Part shown: positions 45,566 through 57,339 of the stretch, piece by piece | Layout of the letters: every line of letters starts with the position of its first letter | Numbering within the stretch: position 1 is the first letter of the stretch | The notes under the pieces: model-generated | Told to the model about the DNA's origin: nothing | The model's database searches: none | The model's input: only the letters and a program-made list of their open reading frames with translations | Translations under genes and position numbers: made by a program | Source of the DNA: an uncultured Rivularia sp. | GTDB taxonomy: Bacteria > Cyanobacteriota > Cyanobacteriia > Cyanobacteriales > Nostocaceae | DNA length: 64,000 nt | Reading direction: 5' to 3' | Assembly: GCA_963665115.1 (NCBI GenBank) | Contig: OY762007.1 | Location: forward strand, 3,072,001 to 3,136,000

Positions 45566-46120
45566 ATGGATAGCGAAAAGCACCAACGCTATCAAACTGC
45601 TATGGTATCAACTTATTATCCTGACACTTGTTTCCTTGACTATCTTGTGATGCCAGATGGAGTTGAGCAATCTTATGGCTCGGATCTACTGACAAAGCTG
45701 CATAGTGGAAAGGTTTTTATGGTCAATAGTCGTAGACGAAATGGGCTAATACTTTTTAAAGCCTATCATGCAGAGTTTGCCGGACCCGGAGCGGCTGTAG
45801 GTGGCGATTACGATCGCGATTGCCTTCACGTACTCCCGATTGGAAATATTTCGTCTATGTTACTAGCAACTAGTTCCTCTGAAGACCGCCAAAAGTCTTA
45901 TTTAATACGAAGGCAGTGGATTAGGCTAATTAAGCAAATTACTGAAAATCCAGTACCGCAGCAGCGAGTTCAAAGAATTCTCGATCAGTTTGAGCAATAT
46001 TTTCCACCAGAAGTAGTAAGTCAGTTACCTGATAGAGCATTTGCAATGTTAGTGGGAGTTTTACCACAGACTGTAGCAATAGTACGCCGTTTGGGTAATG
46101 AAGTAGATACTCTGAGTTAA
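45566..46120 (+). CDS. Hypothetical protein, possibly a degenerate CRP-like regulator
   Basis: 184 aa; EFAGPGAAVGG; C-terminal FAMLVGVLPQTV resembles a CRP helix-turn-helix. Confidence 0.6.
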   Translation: MDSEKHQRYQTAMVSTYYPDTCFLDYLVMPDGVEQSYGSDLLTKLHSGKVFMVNSRRRNGLILFKAYHAEFAGPGAAVGGDYDRDCLHVLPIGNISSMLLATSSSEDRQKSYLIRRQWIRLIKQITENPVPQQRVQRILDQFEQYFPPEVVSQLPDRAFAMLVGVLPQTVAIVRRLGNEVDTLS

Positions 46121-46147
46121 GAAAAGCTGGCTCTAGATGGTTATAAT

Positions 46148-47311
46148 TCAAGTTTTTAATTCAAGATTTTTATAAGCCTTTTCAAATCTGTCTAAAGTAC
46201 GGGCATTTTCCGAGGGGGAACCTACAGTAATTCGCAATCCCCCACCAGTCAGCCGTACCAAAGTGCCAGAATCTTTCAGTTCTTTATGAAGATTTTTTAA
46301 AGCATTAACTCTTTGTTTTTCATCTTGTGCTTTGAGGCGCAGAAAAATAAAGTTAGCAGCACTTTCAGATATTTTTAATTGTGAATATTGAGATAAATTT
46401 TCGAGTAATTTAGAACGTTCGCTTAAAGTTTGGGAAACAGACTCAAGTAAAAGCGAGCGATTTTGCACGGCTATTAATGCCGCTGCTATTGAAAAACTTG
46501 GAAGATTATATGGTAAACGGATTTTTTCTAAGATAGCAATTAGTTCCGGATGAGCAATAGAGTAACCTACGCGCATTGCAGCCAAACGAAAGCCTTTAGA
46601 GAATGTCCGTAATATCACCCAATTTGGATGTTGTGATAATTCATTTGCGACAGTCGCTTGACTAAATTCAAAATAAGCTTCATCAATTACCACTAAAATA
46701 TGTTCCGGCAAATTTCTTAACCATGTCAACTCTGCTGCTGTTAAGGAATTAGCCGTAGGAGAATTCGGGTGAACAACAAAAACTGTTCTTATAGGTTGTT
46801 CCCGATTAATTTCTATAGCTTTTGAGGCTGCTTCTAAATCAATTTCAAAATTATCTGATTTTCTGGGTACCGTTACCACAGGAATACCTAAAGCTTGCGC
46901 CAAAATTCCGTACATTGAGAAAGTGGGTTGAGCTACAAGCACCGAACCATTTCCTCCCAAACAGGTAGCGATTAAGATTGAACGAATTAGTTCATCCGAA
47001 CCATTGCCTAAAGAAATATTATTACTAACAAAAACGTTCGTTGAAAGATCGGCCGATTCGTTAACGTATTCACTAATTGATTGTCTGAGTAAAACGTGTC
47101 CTCCATCTGGATAACGATTGGTTTCGATTAACTCTTTATAAGTCCAAACCAATTTTTCCTTTAACTCAGCAGGTAAATCGTAAGGGCTTTCATTGGTATC
47201 AAGCTTATCTGACTGTGTTGGTGCCTTGGAGATTGAAGAAGCGTCATAAATACCAAGTTGCGGTTTGTAAGCTGCTAATTCTACTAAATCACTGCGGAGG
47301 AAGGGAAGCAT
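46148..47311 (-). CDS. hisC: Histidinol-phosphate aminotransferase
   Basis: [42 protein letters not shown]. Confidence 0.93.
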   Translation of the reverse strand: MLPFLRSDLVELAAYKPQLGIYDASSISKAPTQSDKLDTNESPYDLPAELKEKLVWTYKELIETNRYPDGGHVLLRQSISEYVNESADLSTNVFVSNNISLGNGSDELIRSILIATCLGGNGSVLVAQPTFSMYGILAQALGIPVVTVPRKSDNFEIDLEAASKAIEINREQPIRTVFVVHPNSPTANSLTAAELTWLRNLPEHILVVIDEAYFEFSQATVANELSQHPNWVILRTFSKGFRLAAMRVGYSIAHPELIAILEKIRLPYNLPSFSIAAALIAVQNRSLLLESVSQTLSERSKLLENLSQYSQLKISESAANFIFLRLKAQDEKQRVNALKNLHKELKDSGTLVRLTGGGLRITVGSPSENARTLDRFEKAYKNLELKT

Positions 47312-47501
47312 TTAATTTTAGACTTTAGATTTTAGATTTTAGATTTTAATTACAAACGTATTTTTCTTGCATTACGTCTAAAGAACCTAATACAAAGAAT
47401 CACTTAATTTACATATTTGATATGTATAATTTTAATTATTTTATCATTAAAATGTAGCTGAAATTACGGTATTTTCGCGAACTTTAACCGCAGCACTCCA
47501 G

Positions 47502-48140
47502 TTAAATTTTGGATATCTGACAAAAATCTTCAATACTTTGCCAGATTTCCATCATCACATTCCCCAAGGCATGATTGCTGTTAAGTTCCATTAACTCTAC
47601 CCAAGAACGTTTTTGAGCAAAATCTCGACTGGCTTGGATGGGAATCACTTCGTCATGTTGTCCGTGCAAAATAAGGGTAGGAATGGCACGTTGCAAAAAT
47701 CTTTCCTGATATTGATTTGAATCAGCCAGAAAATCATAACTTAGAGGAAGTTCTCGTTTTTCCCCGTAATGATGAACCATCATATATTTTTCTTGCTGCC
47801 AGCGCTGTATAACTTCCGTACCTAAATTAGACAGCCAATGAGATAAAAAACCAAAAGCTGGCGCGAGTAAAACCAAACGTTTAACCTGTAAAAATTCTTC
47901 CCCTATATGGGCTGCACTCAAGCCTCCTAAACTAGAACCAATAATAGTTACGTCTTTCTTCTGTTCTAAAAGTAAGGCAACTTGTTTAAGCTGGCGTGTA
48001 ATTGTGAGGTGATAAAAATCATCACAATTTAAATCGGGAATTTCTAATTCAATTTGCTTTTGGGCAAAACGTTCGAGTATGTACTTGGCTTTTGTCGAAT
48101 TAGGACTCGATGCAAAGCCATGAAGGTAGATGTAGTGCAA
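47502..48140 (-). CDS. YqiA/YcfP-family alpha/beta hydrolase
   Basis: YLHGFASSP, GSSLGG, HGQHDEVIP. Confidence 0.9.
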   Translation of the reverse strand: MHYIYLHGFASSPNSTKAKYILERFAQKQIELEIPDLNCDDFYHLTITRQLKQVALLLEQKKDVTIIGSSLGGLSAAHIGEEFLQVKRLVLLAPAFGFLSHWLSNLGTEVIQRWQQEKYMMVHHYGEKRELPLSYDFLADSNQYQERFLQRAIPTLILHGQHDEVIPIQASRDFAQKRSWVELMELNSNHALGNVMMEIWQSIEDFCQISKI

Positions 48141-48278
48141 TTTCTCAATTATCAGTTATCAATTATCAATGAAAGGAATTACTCGGGCTTGGAAGCATTT
48201 AAAAATTTCATTTCTTAATAACAAATCTATTTACGATCAATTATCTACTTGTATTGATAACAGATAATTGATAACTGA

Positions 48279-49659
48279 TTACCGCATGGTAACGAATTCT
48301 TCTGCTGCTGAGGGGTGAATACCAACGGTAGCGTCAAAGTCTTTCTTAGTAGCGCCCATTTTTACAGCAATCGCCACACCTTGAACTATTTCTGCTGCAT
48401 AATCTCCTACCATGTGAGCGCCTAAAACTTTGTCAGTTTCACTATGCACAATTAATTTCATCATTGTTCTTTCTTCCTGTTGCGGCAAAGTATAGAACAT
48501 GGGACGGAAACGGGTGCGATAAATTTTTATTTTGTCATCTCCAAATTTTTCTTTGGCTTCAGTTTCTGTTAAACCTACCGTGGCAGCTTCTGGCTGAGTG
48601 AATACGGCAGTAGCAACATCTTCATGGCTGAAAATACGTCTGGTGTCACCATATTCGCTATCAGCAAAAGCTCTGCCTTCACCAATTGCTACAGGCGTTA
48701 AATTGATTCTGTCAGTAACATCACCTACAGCAAAGATATGTGGATGATTAGTTTGACTGTATTCGTCAACAATAATGGCATTCATAGTACCGTAGCCAGG
48801 TCCATCCATAGAGCTTGCGACTAAATCCACTCCGGCTTTGTCCAAACCCAGCCCGTTAACATTGGGTACGCGACCTGTTGCGACTAAAAACACATCGGCA
48901 GTTAACGGTTCTTCCTGTTCTCCAGATAAGTTTAACTTTAAGCCCTCGGATACCTTTTCTACAGATGTAACTACAGTATTTTTGATTATCCGAATACCGT
49001 GACTTCCCATTCCTTCCTGAATTCCGGTACGGATATCTTCATCAAAACCTTTCAAAATCATGTCACCGCGAATAATTTGGGTGACTTCACAACCCAAACC
49101 CCGCATAATGCAGGCGAATTCCGTACCTATATAGCCAGCACCAATAATGGCAATATGCTTTGGTTGTTCTTTAAGGTGAAAAATCTCATTGGAGGTAATA
49201 GCAAACTCCATCCCAGGTATATCAGGTTTGAGTGGCGTTCCTCCAACGGCAATCAAAATTTTATCCGCAGTGACTTTGCGTCCATCAACTTCTATAGTAT
49301 GCTCGTCAACTAAGCTGGCACGACTTTGAATTAATTCAACTCCGGCTCTTTCCAAGAAGTTTATGTGCAGCGCGGATAGCCTTCGTACTTCATTATCTAT
49401 AGATGTAATGAACTTTTCCCAGTCCAACTCAGCATCACCTACTTTCCAACCATAGCCACCCGCGCTTTCAAATAACGAAGGGAAATGAGAAGCATACACC
49501 ATGAGTTTTTTGGGAACGCAGCCGCGAATAACACAGGTTCCGCCCACCAGATCGTATTCGGCGATCGCCACTTTTGCTCCATAGCTCGCGGCGCGTTTGG
49601 AAGCTGCTAAACCTCCCGAACCAGCACCAATTACAAACAGGGTCGTAGTCGTAAGTCAT
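48279..49659 (-). CDS. gor: Glutathione-disulfide reductase; +1 frameshift at about 49641
   Basis: MTYDYD|LFVIGAGSGG, GGTCVIRGCVPKK, HPSAAEEFVTMR. Confidence 0.93.
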
Positions 49660-49800
49660 AGTTTTAAGCGTGTTCTTTGCAAAAATTAAACCGCCGTTAG
49701 TATAGGCTTAAATAAGGGCGATTGTCTGATAAGATGCTCCTACATTCCACACTAAGTTACTTTTCAACATTCAACCAAGCGCGTAAATTTTCTTCTCAAT

Positions 49801-51147
49801 TTAATCCAATGTGAGAAACTCTTCTGCGGTAGTTGGATGAATAGCAATAGCATCATCTAAGTCTTGTTTAGTAATACCTTTACGAAAGGCAACACCAAGA
49901 CATTGAATTATATCGGCTGCGTGTTCGCCTAACATATGAACTCCGATAACTCGTTCGGATTCACCTTCAACTACTACTTTAATTATTGCTTGCTCGTCAC
50001 TTGAAGCCAGTTGATACATCAATGGTTGAAATTTATCGCAATAACATTTTACCGAATCGCCAAATTCAGAACGAGCTTCATTTTCAGTCATACCTATACT
50101 TGCCATTTCCGGACGAGCAAAAACAGCAGAAGGTACCTGCCCGTAATTTACTGTTTGAGATTTGTTCGCGAAAACTGTATTGATAACAGCAACAGCTTCT
50201 TTTTTCGCTACAGGTGTTAACTGCAAACGATCGGTGCAATCTCCGACGGCAAAAATATTTTGCTGCTTGGTGCGGCTGTATTCGTCTACTTTGATTGCGC
50301 CTTTTTCGGTCATTTCGACTTGGGCATTATCAAGATCGAGTTTATCGGTATTCGGAGCGCGTCCTGTAGCGACTAAAATAGTATCGGCAGCGATAGTTTT
50401 TTTGTACTTACCGTTTACAGTTAACAGCAAGCCTTCTTCATAATGCTTAATTTCCGTCGCCTTGCTGTTACTGATAAATTTAATTCCTCGTTTAGACAAA
50501 CTTTCTTGAAGACTTTTGCGAATATCGTCATCAAACCCTTCTAGAATCGTTTCACTCGTATCAACAACGGTGACGCGACAACCTAAAGCATTCATCATGC
50601 TAGCGAACTCTACGCCTATGTAACCGCCACCGATTATTGCCAAACGTTTGGGCAAATAAGGTAAATGAAACATTTCGCGGGAAGTGATTGCGTATTCGAT
50701 ACCGGGGATATCCGGGATAAAAGGACGTGCGCCTACAGCGATTAAAATCTTATCTGCTGTTACCTCGACTCCATCAACTTTAATCGTGTGAGCATCAACA
50801 AAAGTAGCGTGCCCTCTTAGTAAAGTAATGCCACTGTCTTTAAATTTGTCTTGATACGAGCTATTAATGCTATCTATTTGCTTGTGTACCGAGTGGCTAA
50901 ACTGCGTCCAATTGAAATGCGTGTTCGCTTTACTCCAGCCATAATCAACTGCAATTTTATTCTGTAGCGCGAAGTCAGCGGCGTAAACAATCAACTTTTT
51001 AGGAATGCAACCGCGATTCAAACAAGTTCCGCCAAGGGCTTCTTGTTCGGCTACAGCTACACGTAAGCCCAAAGAAGCAGCTTTTGAGGCAGCAGCCGCA
51101 CCAGCGGAACCAGCACCCATTATAAATAAATCGTAATCGTATGTCAT
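49801..51147 (-). CDS. Second glutathione reductase-family enzyme
   Basis: GGTCLNRGCIPKK, LTPVA, HPTTAEEF. Confidence 0.88.
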   Translation of the reverse strand: MTYDYDLFIMGAGSAGAAAASKAASLGLRVAVAEQEALGGTCLNRGCIPKKLIVYAADFALQNKIAVDYGWSKANTHFNWTQFSHSVHKQIDSINSSYQDKFKDSGITLLRGHATFVDAHTIKVDGVEVTADKILIAVGARPFIPDIPGIEYAITSREMFHLPYLPKRLAIIGGGYIGVEFASMMNALGCRVTVVDTSETILEGFDDDIRKSLQESLSKRGIKFISNSKATEIKHYEEGLLLTVNGKYKKTIAADTILVATGRAPNTDKLDLDNAQVEMTEKGAIKVDEYSRTKQQNIFAVGDCTDRLQLTPVAKKEAVAVINTVFANKSQTVNYGQVPSAVFARPEMASIGMTENEARSEFGDSVKCYCDKFQPLMYQLASSDEQAIIKVVVEGESERVIGVHMLGEHAADIIQCLGVAFRKGITKQDLDDAIAIHPTTAEEFLTLD

Positions 51148-51582
51148 AACTGCGGAGAATTTGAATTGCTCTTAAAATGAATGCTTTCTTTTTCTATTTT
51201 GACTCGTTTGATATTAAATCGGACAGGGGTCAGCTTAAATCTACTTCGACCTAATTATTTTGACATTATCTTTCGGCAATCTGATTAAGTTTTGATTTTT
51301 CCGCAGGCATCATATATTTTATAGGCGATGAAAGCTCTATCTAGGATTAACACCTTATTTGAGCAGATAACACAACTGTCTCTAGGATGAAATTTTTATT
51401 CTTTTCAATTATACTGATATGCCCTCGCGATCTGAATATTTTTTAATTGCCCCTTTGCAATCGCTATTTTTTATTTTTAAAAGCACCATTATTTGTAATT
51501 CAGATTACCTTTTGCGGCATATTTTCCTGAAATGTTTTTTTGCCAATAAAAATAAATTTAATACAGCTTATATGCAACTTTG

Positions 51583-51611
51583 TTGTGACGAGAATCACAA
51601 GTATTCATGAT
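51583..51611 (+). promoter_or_regulatory. Perfect CRP-type site overlapping a candidate promoter
   Basis: TTGTGA-CGAGAA-TCACAA (TGTGA-N6-TCACA); TTGTGA-17 nt-CATGAT. Confidence 0.6.
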
Positions 51612-51617
51612 TGAGAT

Positions 51618-51732
51618 CCTCTTCAAATAAGAGAGCTAGGAGCATAATTATATATAACTGAACTCTAGCCGAGTCATTAATAGGGAACACACTAATTGCC
51701 GACAGCCTTGAGCAAAGGACTGTCGGCTTTTT
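51618..51732 (+). ncRNA. Candidate small RNA (about 115 nt)
   Basis: Promoter-like element upstream and an orphan intrinsic terminator GCCGACAGCCTT/AAGGACTGTCGGC-TTTTT; neighbouring genes are on the - strand. Confidence 0.4.
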
Positions 51733-51832
51733 GTATGTATATATATTGAATTGGGGATTGGGAATTGGGGATGGGGGATTGGGGGAGATATACTTCTCAA
51801 TTCCTAACTGTTCACTGTTCACTAAAATAAGT

Positions 51833-51895
51833 TTCCCCACGACTTGTTGGTAACTTGACAGGGATTCTGCCGCAGCCACTACCAAGTGTGGGGAA
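51833..51895 (-). terminator. Long hairpin downstream of apcD
   Basis: TTCCCCAC..CTTG.TGGTA / TACCAAG.TGTGGGGAA followed by CTTATTTT on - strand. Confidence 0.5.
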
Positions 51896-52060
51896 GATGA
51901 ATTTAAGTTGGAACCTGCTATGATTCGCTGTTAAATCCGTATTGAAGTTAAAGGTTTTTCCAATATCCCATCAAAAACAATTTTTGCTTATTAATACTCC
52001 AATATTGGGATTTATTGGATATGACGGGTTAATCCGGAAAATCAAGCTACATCACAGTCG

Positions 52061-52550
52061 CTATTGAGACATGGATTGAATTATGAAATCGAAGTAAGGA
52101 GCAGCTTGCTGTGCATCTTCAGCACTTAATAGATTAATAGAAGCTTCCTTCAGTCCCTTAATAGCTTCTACCATTCCGGGTACGGGGACTCCTAAAGAGT
52201 TGTACATTTCCTTAACGCCAATCAAACCAATTTTTTCAATAGGTTCTTTGTCACCTGCGAGTATTCCGTAGGTGACTAAGCGTAAGTACCAACCATAATC
52301 GCGGATGCATAACGCACGTTCGCGCTGTCCCGTAAGCATTACCCCCTGGAGCAATAAAGTCAGGACGCTTTTGCCACAGGGTTTTGGTAGCTTGTTCAAC
52401 TATCTTTTTTTCATTTTCAGTTAGGGTACTCACGATTCGCACCCTTTGTTCGCCAGTTTGCAAATAGTCTTTGATATTTCTAAGTTCGCCGCTGCTGGGA
52501 TAACGCAGCTCGTCGTCAGATTGGAGAATAACTTGGCTTACTACAGTCAT
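52061..52550 (-). CDS. apcD: Allophycocyanin alpha-B subunit; +1 frameshift at about 52330
   Basis: [23 protein letters not shown]...[24 protein letters not shown]. Confidence 0.93.
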
Positions 52551-52698
52551 GACTTGTAAAAGAAAGTGCTTTTTTTATTATTACTGATAGTTTACCGATT
52601 CAAGTACCAAGAAGTGAAGGGGAGGGGAGATGGGAGGATAGGGGGAGGGGGAGATATTAACTGATAATTGATAATTGTTAATTGATAACTGATAAACG

Positions 52699-54072
52699 AT
52701 GACTAGAACAAGCTGGAAGCAGGGTGATTTGGTTGAGGCTGTAATTACAGACTTGAGCGATACGGGTGATGGTGTAGGGCGAATCGGTGAGTTGGTGGTG
52801 TTTGTACCGGATACCGTACCTGGCGATCGCGTTGTTGTTCGTTTGGTAAATGTGAAGCCAAAGTATGTGAAGGGCAAAGTTAAAGAATTATTACAATCGT
52901 CTCCTCATCGGATTAGAGCAGCCTGCATTGTGGCTGATAAATGTGGCGGCTGTCAGTGGCAGCATATTAGTTATGAGTACCAACTCGAAGCTAAGCGTAA
53001 AGCCGTTGTTCAAGCTTTAGAACGTATCGGTGGTTTCACACAACCGCAAGTTGATGCGGTAATAACTGCGGGGAGACCACTAGATTATCGCAATAAAGCA
53101 ACTTACCCGATGGGGATATCTTCCACGGGGGGAGTTATAGCAGGTTACTACCAAAAATCTTCTCATCAAATAGTTAATCTGAATCAATGTCCGGTGCAGG
53201 ATTCGCGGTTAAACCCGATTCTTAAAGAAATTAAACAAGATATCCAATCTTTAGGCTGGCAAATTTATAACGAAAGCAGCCATAGCGGAATCATACGCCA
53301 TCTTGGTTTACGCATTGGTCGGCGTACTGGAGAAATTTTGCTGACTTTAATAGTAAAGGACTGGAGTATACCAGGAATTAAGGAGAAAGCACAAGAGTGG
53401 TTAGACCACTATCCCCCATTAGTGGGAGTGATGTTAAACCGGAATGAATCTCGCACTAATGCGATTTTTGGTAAGGAAACTCGATTGATTGCTGGGAGAG
53501 ATTACTTAGAAGAAGAATTTGCTTCTTTAAAATTTCAAATAAGTCCGGATACATTCTTCCAAGTAAATACTGAAACAGCAGAGGCATTATTGTACGAAAT
53601 TCAATCCGAATTAAATTTACAAGGCAATGAAATACTAATTGATGCTTATTGTGGTATTGGGACTTTAACTTTGCCACTCTCATTACAAGTACATCTTGCT
53701 ATTGGTTTAGAAATACAACAATCATCTGTCGCAAGAGCAAAAATTAATGCTCAGTATAATCACATAAATAATGTTGCCTTCCATTCGGGAAAGGTAGAAG
53801 AATTACTGTCTCGGATATCTACGAAACCAGATATTGTTATACTTGACCCTCCGAGAAAAGGATGCGATCGCACTGTAATCGAAACTTTACGCAAAGCAAA
53901 ACCAGCTCGTATTGTTTACGTAAGTTGTAAACCAGCAACACTTGCTCGCGACTTACAACAACTTTGTCAAGATGGTTTATACACATTGTGGCGAGTGCAA
54001 CCTGCTGATTTTTTTCCTCAAACAGCTCATGTGGAAGTTGCAGCATTTCTTGTGCTATCAGATGCCCGTTAA
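52699..54072 (+). CDS. rlmD: 23S rRNA (uracil-5)-methyltransferase
   Basis: TRAM domain, CGGCQWQH, FFQVN, DAYCGIG, DPPRKG, YVSC, FFPQTAHVE. Confidence 0.93.
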   Translation: MTRTSWKQGDLVEAVITDLSDTGDGVGRIGELVVFVPDTVPGDRVVVRLVNVKPKYVKGKVKELLQSSPHRIRAACIVADKCGGCQWQHISYEYQLEAKRKAVVQALERIGGFTQPQVDAVITAGRPLDYRNKATYPMGISSTGGVIAGYYQKSSHQIVNLNQCPVQDSRLNPILKEIKQDIQSLGWQIYNESSHSGIIRHLGLRIGRRTGEILLTLIVKDWSIPGIKEKAQEWLDHYPPLVGVMLNRNESRTNAIFGKETRLIAGRDYLEEEFASLKFQISPDTFFQVNTETAEALLYEIQSELNLQGNEILIDAYCGIGTLTLPLSLQVHLAIGLEIQQSSVARAKINAQYNHINNVAFHSGKVEELLSRISTKPDIVILDPPRKGCDRTVIETLRKAKPARIVYVSCKPATLARDLQQLCQDGLYTLWRVQPADFFPQTAHVEVAAFLVLSDAR

Positions 54073-54501
54073 GGTACTTAGTGTAATTCTCGCGTGAAAT
54101 TTTAAAATTGTAGTCTAGCGCATAGTAAAAATGCTAAAATTGAATTAATCTAAATATAGAATACCTTTTGTATAAAGAAATTGACGTTATAGCGGACTCT
54201 AAAAAATAAAGAAGAAGTTGTTTAAATTACGAATCGGTTCAGTTATAGGAGTATTAAAATACTCATCCATACTTCAAGTAAATTTATAGTTTGTAACGAT
54301 TTGTAGTTAAAAAGAAGATCGGTCGATTTAAATTTAAGCAACTTTTATTTGGTGAAAAGAGTCAATGCTAAGTAGCATACAAAAATTAGTTGTACGAACA
54401 TAAAAATTAAGGCAACATGACCACCTCAATTCAAGTTTAGGGTGCGCGGTAGATAGCAAAAGTCATGTTTATCAGTCGCCGAAAGCTACGGGGTTTCTCT
54501 T

Positions 54502-54982
54502 GTGATTACCATTTCACTTCGTCCGGTAGGACGTAATTGGGGCACGATTAGTTTTGCCTCAACTCTATATCTCTGCCCGATTTTAGATTTGCTTTTAGCA
54601 GAAATCCCAGGAAAAATGCAGGCTGAGTTGAGACTAGGGCTTCAAGAGGCGTTAGTTAATGCAGCGAAGCACGGTAACAATCTCGATCCTGGGAAAAAAG
54701 TTGTAGTTCGTTTTTCTTTAATTGATGATAGATATTGGTGGGTAATATCAGATCAAGGTAAAGGATTTATTCCTGAATGCGATTGTGAAGAAGATCCCAC
54801 CGAATTTTTGCCACCTGATGAATCAGAAAATGGTCGCGGTTTATCGATACTGCATCTAATTTTTGACCAGGTGGAATGGAACCGTAGAGGTACGGAAACT
54901 ACGCTTATGCAAACAGTTGGAGCATAAACGCAGTCGCATACCTTTACCTTTATTACGAAATTCGTTTTTAGTTAAGAGCTAA
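54502..54982 (+). CDS. pmgA: RsbW-like anti-sigma/ATP-binding protein PmgA; +1 frameshift at about 54897
   Basis: SFASTLYLCPILDLL, LQEALVNAAKHGN, DQGKGF, ENGRGL; corrected end GTE|LRLCK; follows rlmD as in other cyanobacteria. Confidence 0.75.
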
Positions 54983-55062
54983 GAGTTAGGAATTAGGAGT
55001 TAGAAATTAGGAGTTAGGGATTATCAACTAACCACTAACAACTAACCACTAACAACTAATAT

Positions 55063-55350
55063 CTAACCGTCTTTTTTTTGTCCATGAGTCGGGCAAGGTG
55101 GCGCACTAATAGAGCGATTTAACCATCCGGTGGCTTGTTCTAATCTGGTTTGAGCTTCTTCGGGTTGCTCGGAAAGAAGAAATACGAGGGCGGCTGCTGT
55201 TTGTTCGCAAGCGCGAACTTTGCGGTTAGACTTGAGGCGATGCCAATCGTTAGGAGATATACTCAATCTCTCCAATAGAGCTTGAGCTAGTTCTACTGTA
55301 CTTATATCTTGCAATTGACTAGTTTTAGGCAGTTGGCTGGATTGAGACAT
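55063..55350 (-). CDS. Conserved small cyanobacterial protein (DUF6439-like)
   Basis: ELAQAL.ERL.I...DWHRLK...PPCPTHG. Confidence 0.75.
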   Translation of the reverse strand: MSQSSQLPKTSQLQDISTVELAQALLERLSISPNDWHRLKSNRKVRACEQTAAALVFLLSEQPEEAQTRLEQATGWLNRSISAPPCPTHGQKKDG

Positions 55351-55398
55351 AACGTGTATGGCTGATGAAACGTTCTCTTTAAATGTAATACGTTGCTC

Positions 55399-55809
55399 AT
55401 GGAGTCGCCCAAACAATCTTCCTCTTCATCAGGTGAGGAAAATTTAGAACAAGAATTGCAGCAAGAAATATTATCAGTTGAGCAAAGCCTTGATGGGTTA
55501 AAACAGCGCTACGCTCAGATGCTTGCCGATAAACAACGCCAGATTGAACTAGTGCGGCGTTTCGACGAAATTAAACACGAAATGAAAAAAACAACTTCGC
55601 CATCCTTGAAAGCGGAGTTGAAAGAAATTAAAGAAAAATTAGAAAGCTTAGATAATGCTTTAGGATTGTTTTCCGAAAGTTATTTAGTGCTGTTTGGTGG
55701 TAGCGTTATATTTACTAAAAGCGGTTTAAAAGACTTGTTTTGGCAAGTAGTCCGTTTTGGTGGATTGGGCGTTATCATAGGCTGGTTATTAAAGTCTGTT
55801 GTTGGATAG
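55399..55809 (+). CDS. Coiled-coil protein with a C-terminal membrane anchor
   Basis: Coiled coil followed by FWQVVRFGGLGVIIGWLLK. Confidence 0.75.
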   Translation: MESPKQSSSSSGEENLEQELQQEILSVEQSLDGLKQRYAQMLADKQRQIELVRRFDEIKHEMKKTTSPSLKAELKEIKEKLESLDNALGLFSESYLVLFGGSVIFTKSGLKDLFWQVVRFGGLGVIIGWLLKSVVG

Positions 55810-55900
55810 TTGTTAGTGGATAGTGGTTAGTGGTTAGTAGATTAAACAACTAACAACCAACAACTAACAGCACTTATTTTTATTCTTGGAAGCAAAATAT

Positions 55901-57292
55901 ATGATAGAAAGACGGATTGCAGAAATATTACGCAGCGCTCAACCATCGGAGACAATAAAGGTGCAAGGTTGGGTAAGAACAAAGCGCGAGTTAAAAGGGT
56001 TTGCTTTTATTGAAGTTAATGATGGTTCATCTTTGGCTAGTTTGCAAGTTGTGCTAAACCAAGATTTATCGGATTATGAGAAGATTTTAAAACAATTAAA
56101 TACAGGTGCTTCCGTGGAAGCATCAGGAATAGTAGTTGAGTCTCAAGGTAAAGGACAAAGAATTGAATTAAAAGCGGAAGCGCTAAAAGTTTATGGTGAA
56201 GCAGATCCAGAAACTTATCCGCTACAGAAGAAACGCCATTCTTTTGAGTTTCTCAGAACAATTGGACATTTACGCAGTCGCACTAATGCATTAGGTGCAG
56301 TTTTCCGCGTGCGTAATGCTTGTGCGGCAGCAATTCATGAATTTTTCCAGCAACGGGGCTTTTTGTGGGCACATACGCCAATTATTACCGCCAGCGATTG
56401 CGAAGGTGCTGGCGAGCTTTTTAGCGTTACCAACTTGGATTTAAAGAATATTCCCCAGACGGAAGATAAACAGATAGACTATAGTCAAGACTTTTTTGGT
56501 AGACCTACATACTTAACTGTTAGCGGTCAGTTAGAAGCCGAAATTATGGCAATGACGTTTGGTAACGTCTATACTTTTGGTCCTACCTTCCGTGCAGAAA
56601 ATTCCAATACTTCGCGCCACCTTGCAGAATTTTGGATGGTTGAGCCGGAAATGGCTTTTTGTCAACTCTCTGAAGACATGGATTTAGCTGAAGAGTTTCT
56701 CAGATATGTCTTCAAATATGTGATGGAAAAATGTCCCGAAGACATGGATTTTTTCAATCTGCGGGTAGATAAGACAGTATTGGAAACCGCAGAGAATATT
56801 ATTAATAATAAATTTGAGCGAATTACTTATACTGAAGCCGTTAGACTTTTAGAAAAAGCCGATGTCAAGTTTGAATATCCGGTAAGTTGGGGTTTGGATT
56901 TACAATCGGAACACGAGCGCTATCTGTGCGAACAACTTTTTAAAAAGCCAGTTATTGTTAGCGATTATCCCACAGAAATCAAAGCCTTTTATATGCGGTT
57001 GAGCGATGATGAAAAAACCGTTGCTGCAATGGATGTTTTAGCTCCAAAGATTGGCGAAATAATTGGCGGTTCCCAGCGTGAAGAAAGGTATGATGTGTTG
57101 GAACGTCGGATTAAAGCTCAAGGAATGAAACCAGAAGATTTGTGGTGGTACATGGATTTACGCCGTTACGGTACCGTACCTCATGCTGGTTTTGGATTGG
57201 GTTTTGAAAGATTGGTGCAGTTTATGACGGGAATGGCGAATATTCGCGATGTGATTCCGTTTCCGCGTACTCCGGAGAATGCGGAGTTTTAG
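55901..57292 (+). CDS. asnS: Asparagine--tRNA ligase
   Basis: [42 protein letters not shown]. Confidence 0.97.
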   Translation: MIERRIAEILRSAQPSETIKVQGWVRTKRELKGFAFIEVNDGSSLASLQVVLNQDLSDYEKILKQLNTGASVEASGIVVESQGKGQRIELKAEALKVYGEADPETYPLQKKRHSFEFLRTIGHLRSRTNALGAVFRVRNACAAAIHEFFQQRGFLWAHTPIITASDCEGAGELFSVTNLDLKNIPQTEDKQIDYSQDFFGRPTYLTVSGQLEAEIMAMTFGNVYTFGPTFRAENSNTSRHLAEFWMVEPEMAFCQLSEDMDLAEEFLRYVFKYVMEKCPEDMDFFNLRVDKTVLETAENIINNKFERITYTEAVRLLEKADVKFEYPVSWGLDLQSEHERYLCEQLFKKPVIVSDYPTEIKAFYMRLSDDEKTVAAMDVLAPKIGEIIGGSQREERYDVLERRIKAQGMKPEDLWWYMDLRRYGTVPHAGFGLGFERLVQFMTGMANIRDVIPFPRTPENAEF

Positions 57293-57339
57293 AATTCTTT
57301 ATTCGTTATTAGCGAGAGAGTTTTTGTTTGATTAATTGC

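Noticed and set aside
4470..54982. True pseudogenes or programmed frameshifts in nirA, bioY, cyaC, gor, apcD, pmgA
   Set aside because: Each is a lone homopolymer extension in an otherwise intact conserved gene; a sequencing artefact is more parsimonious.
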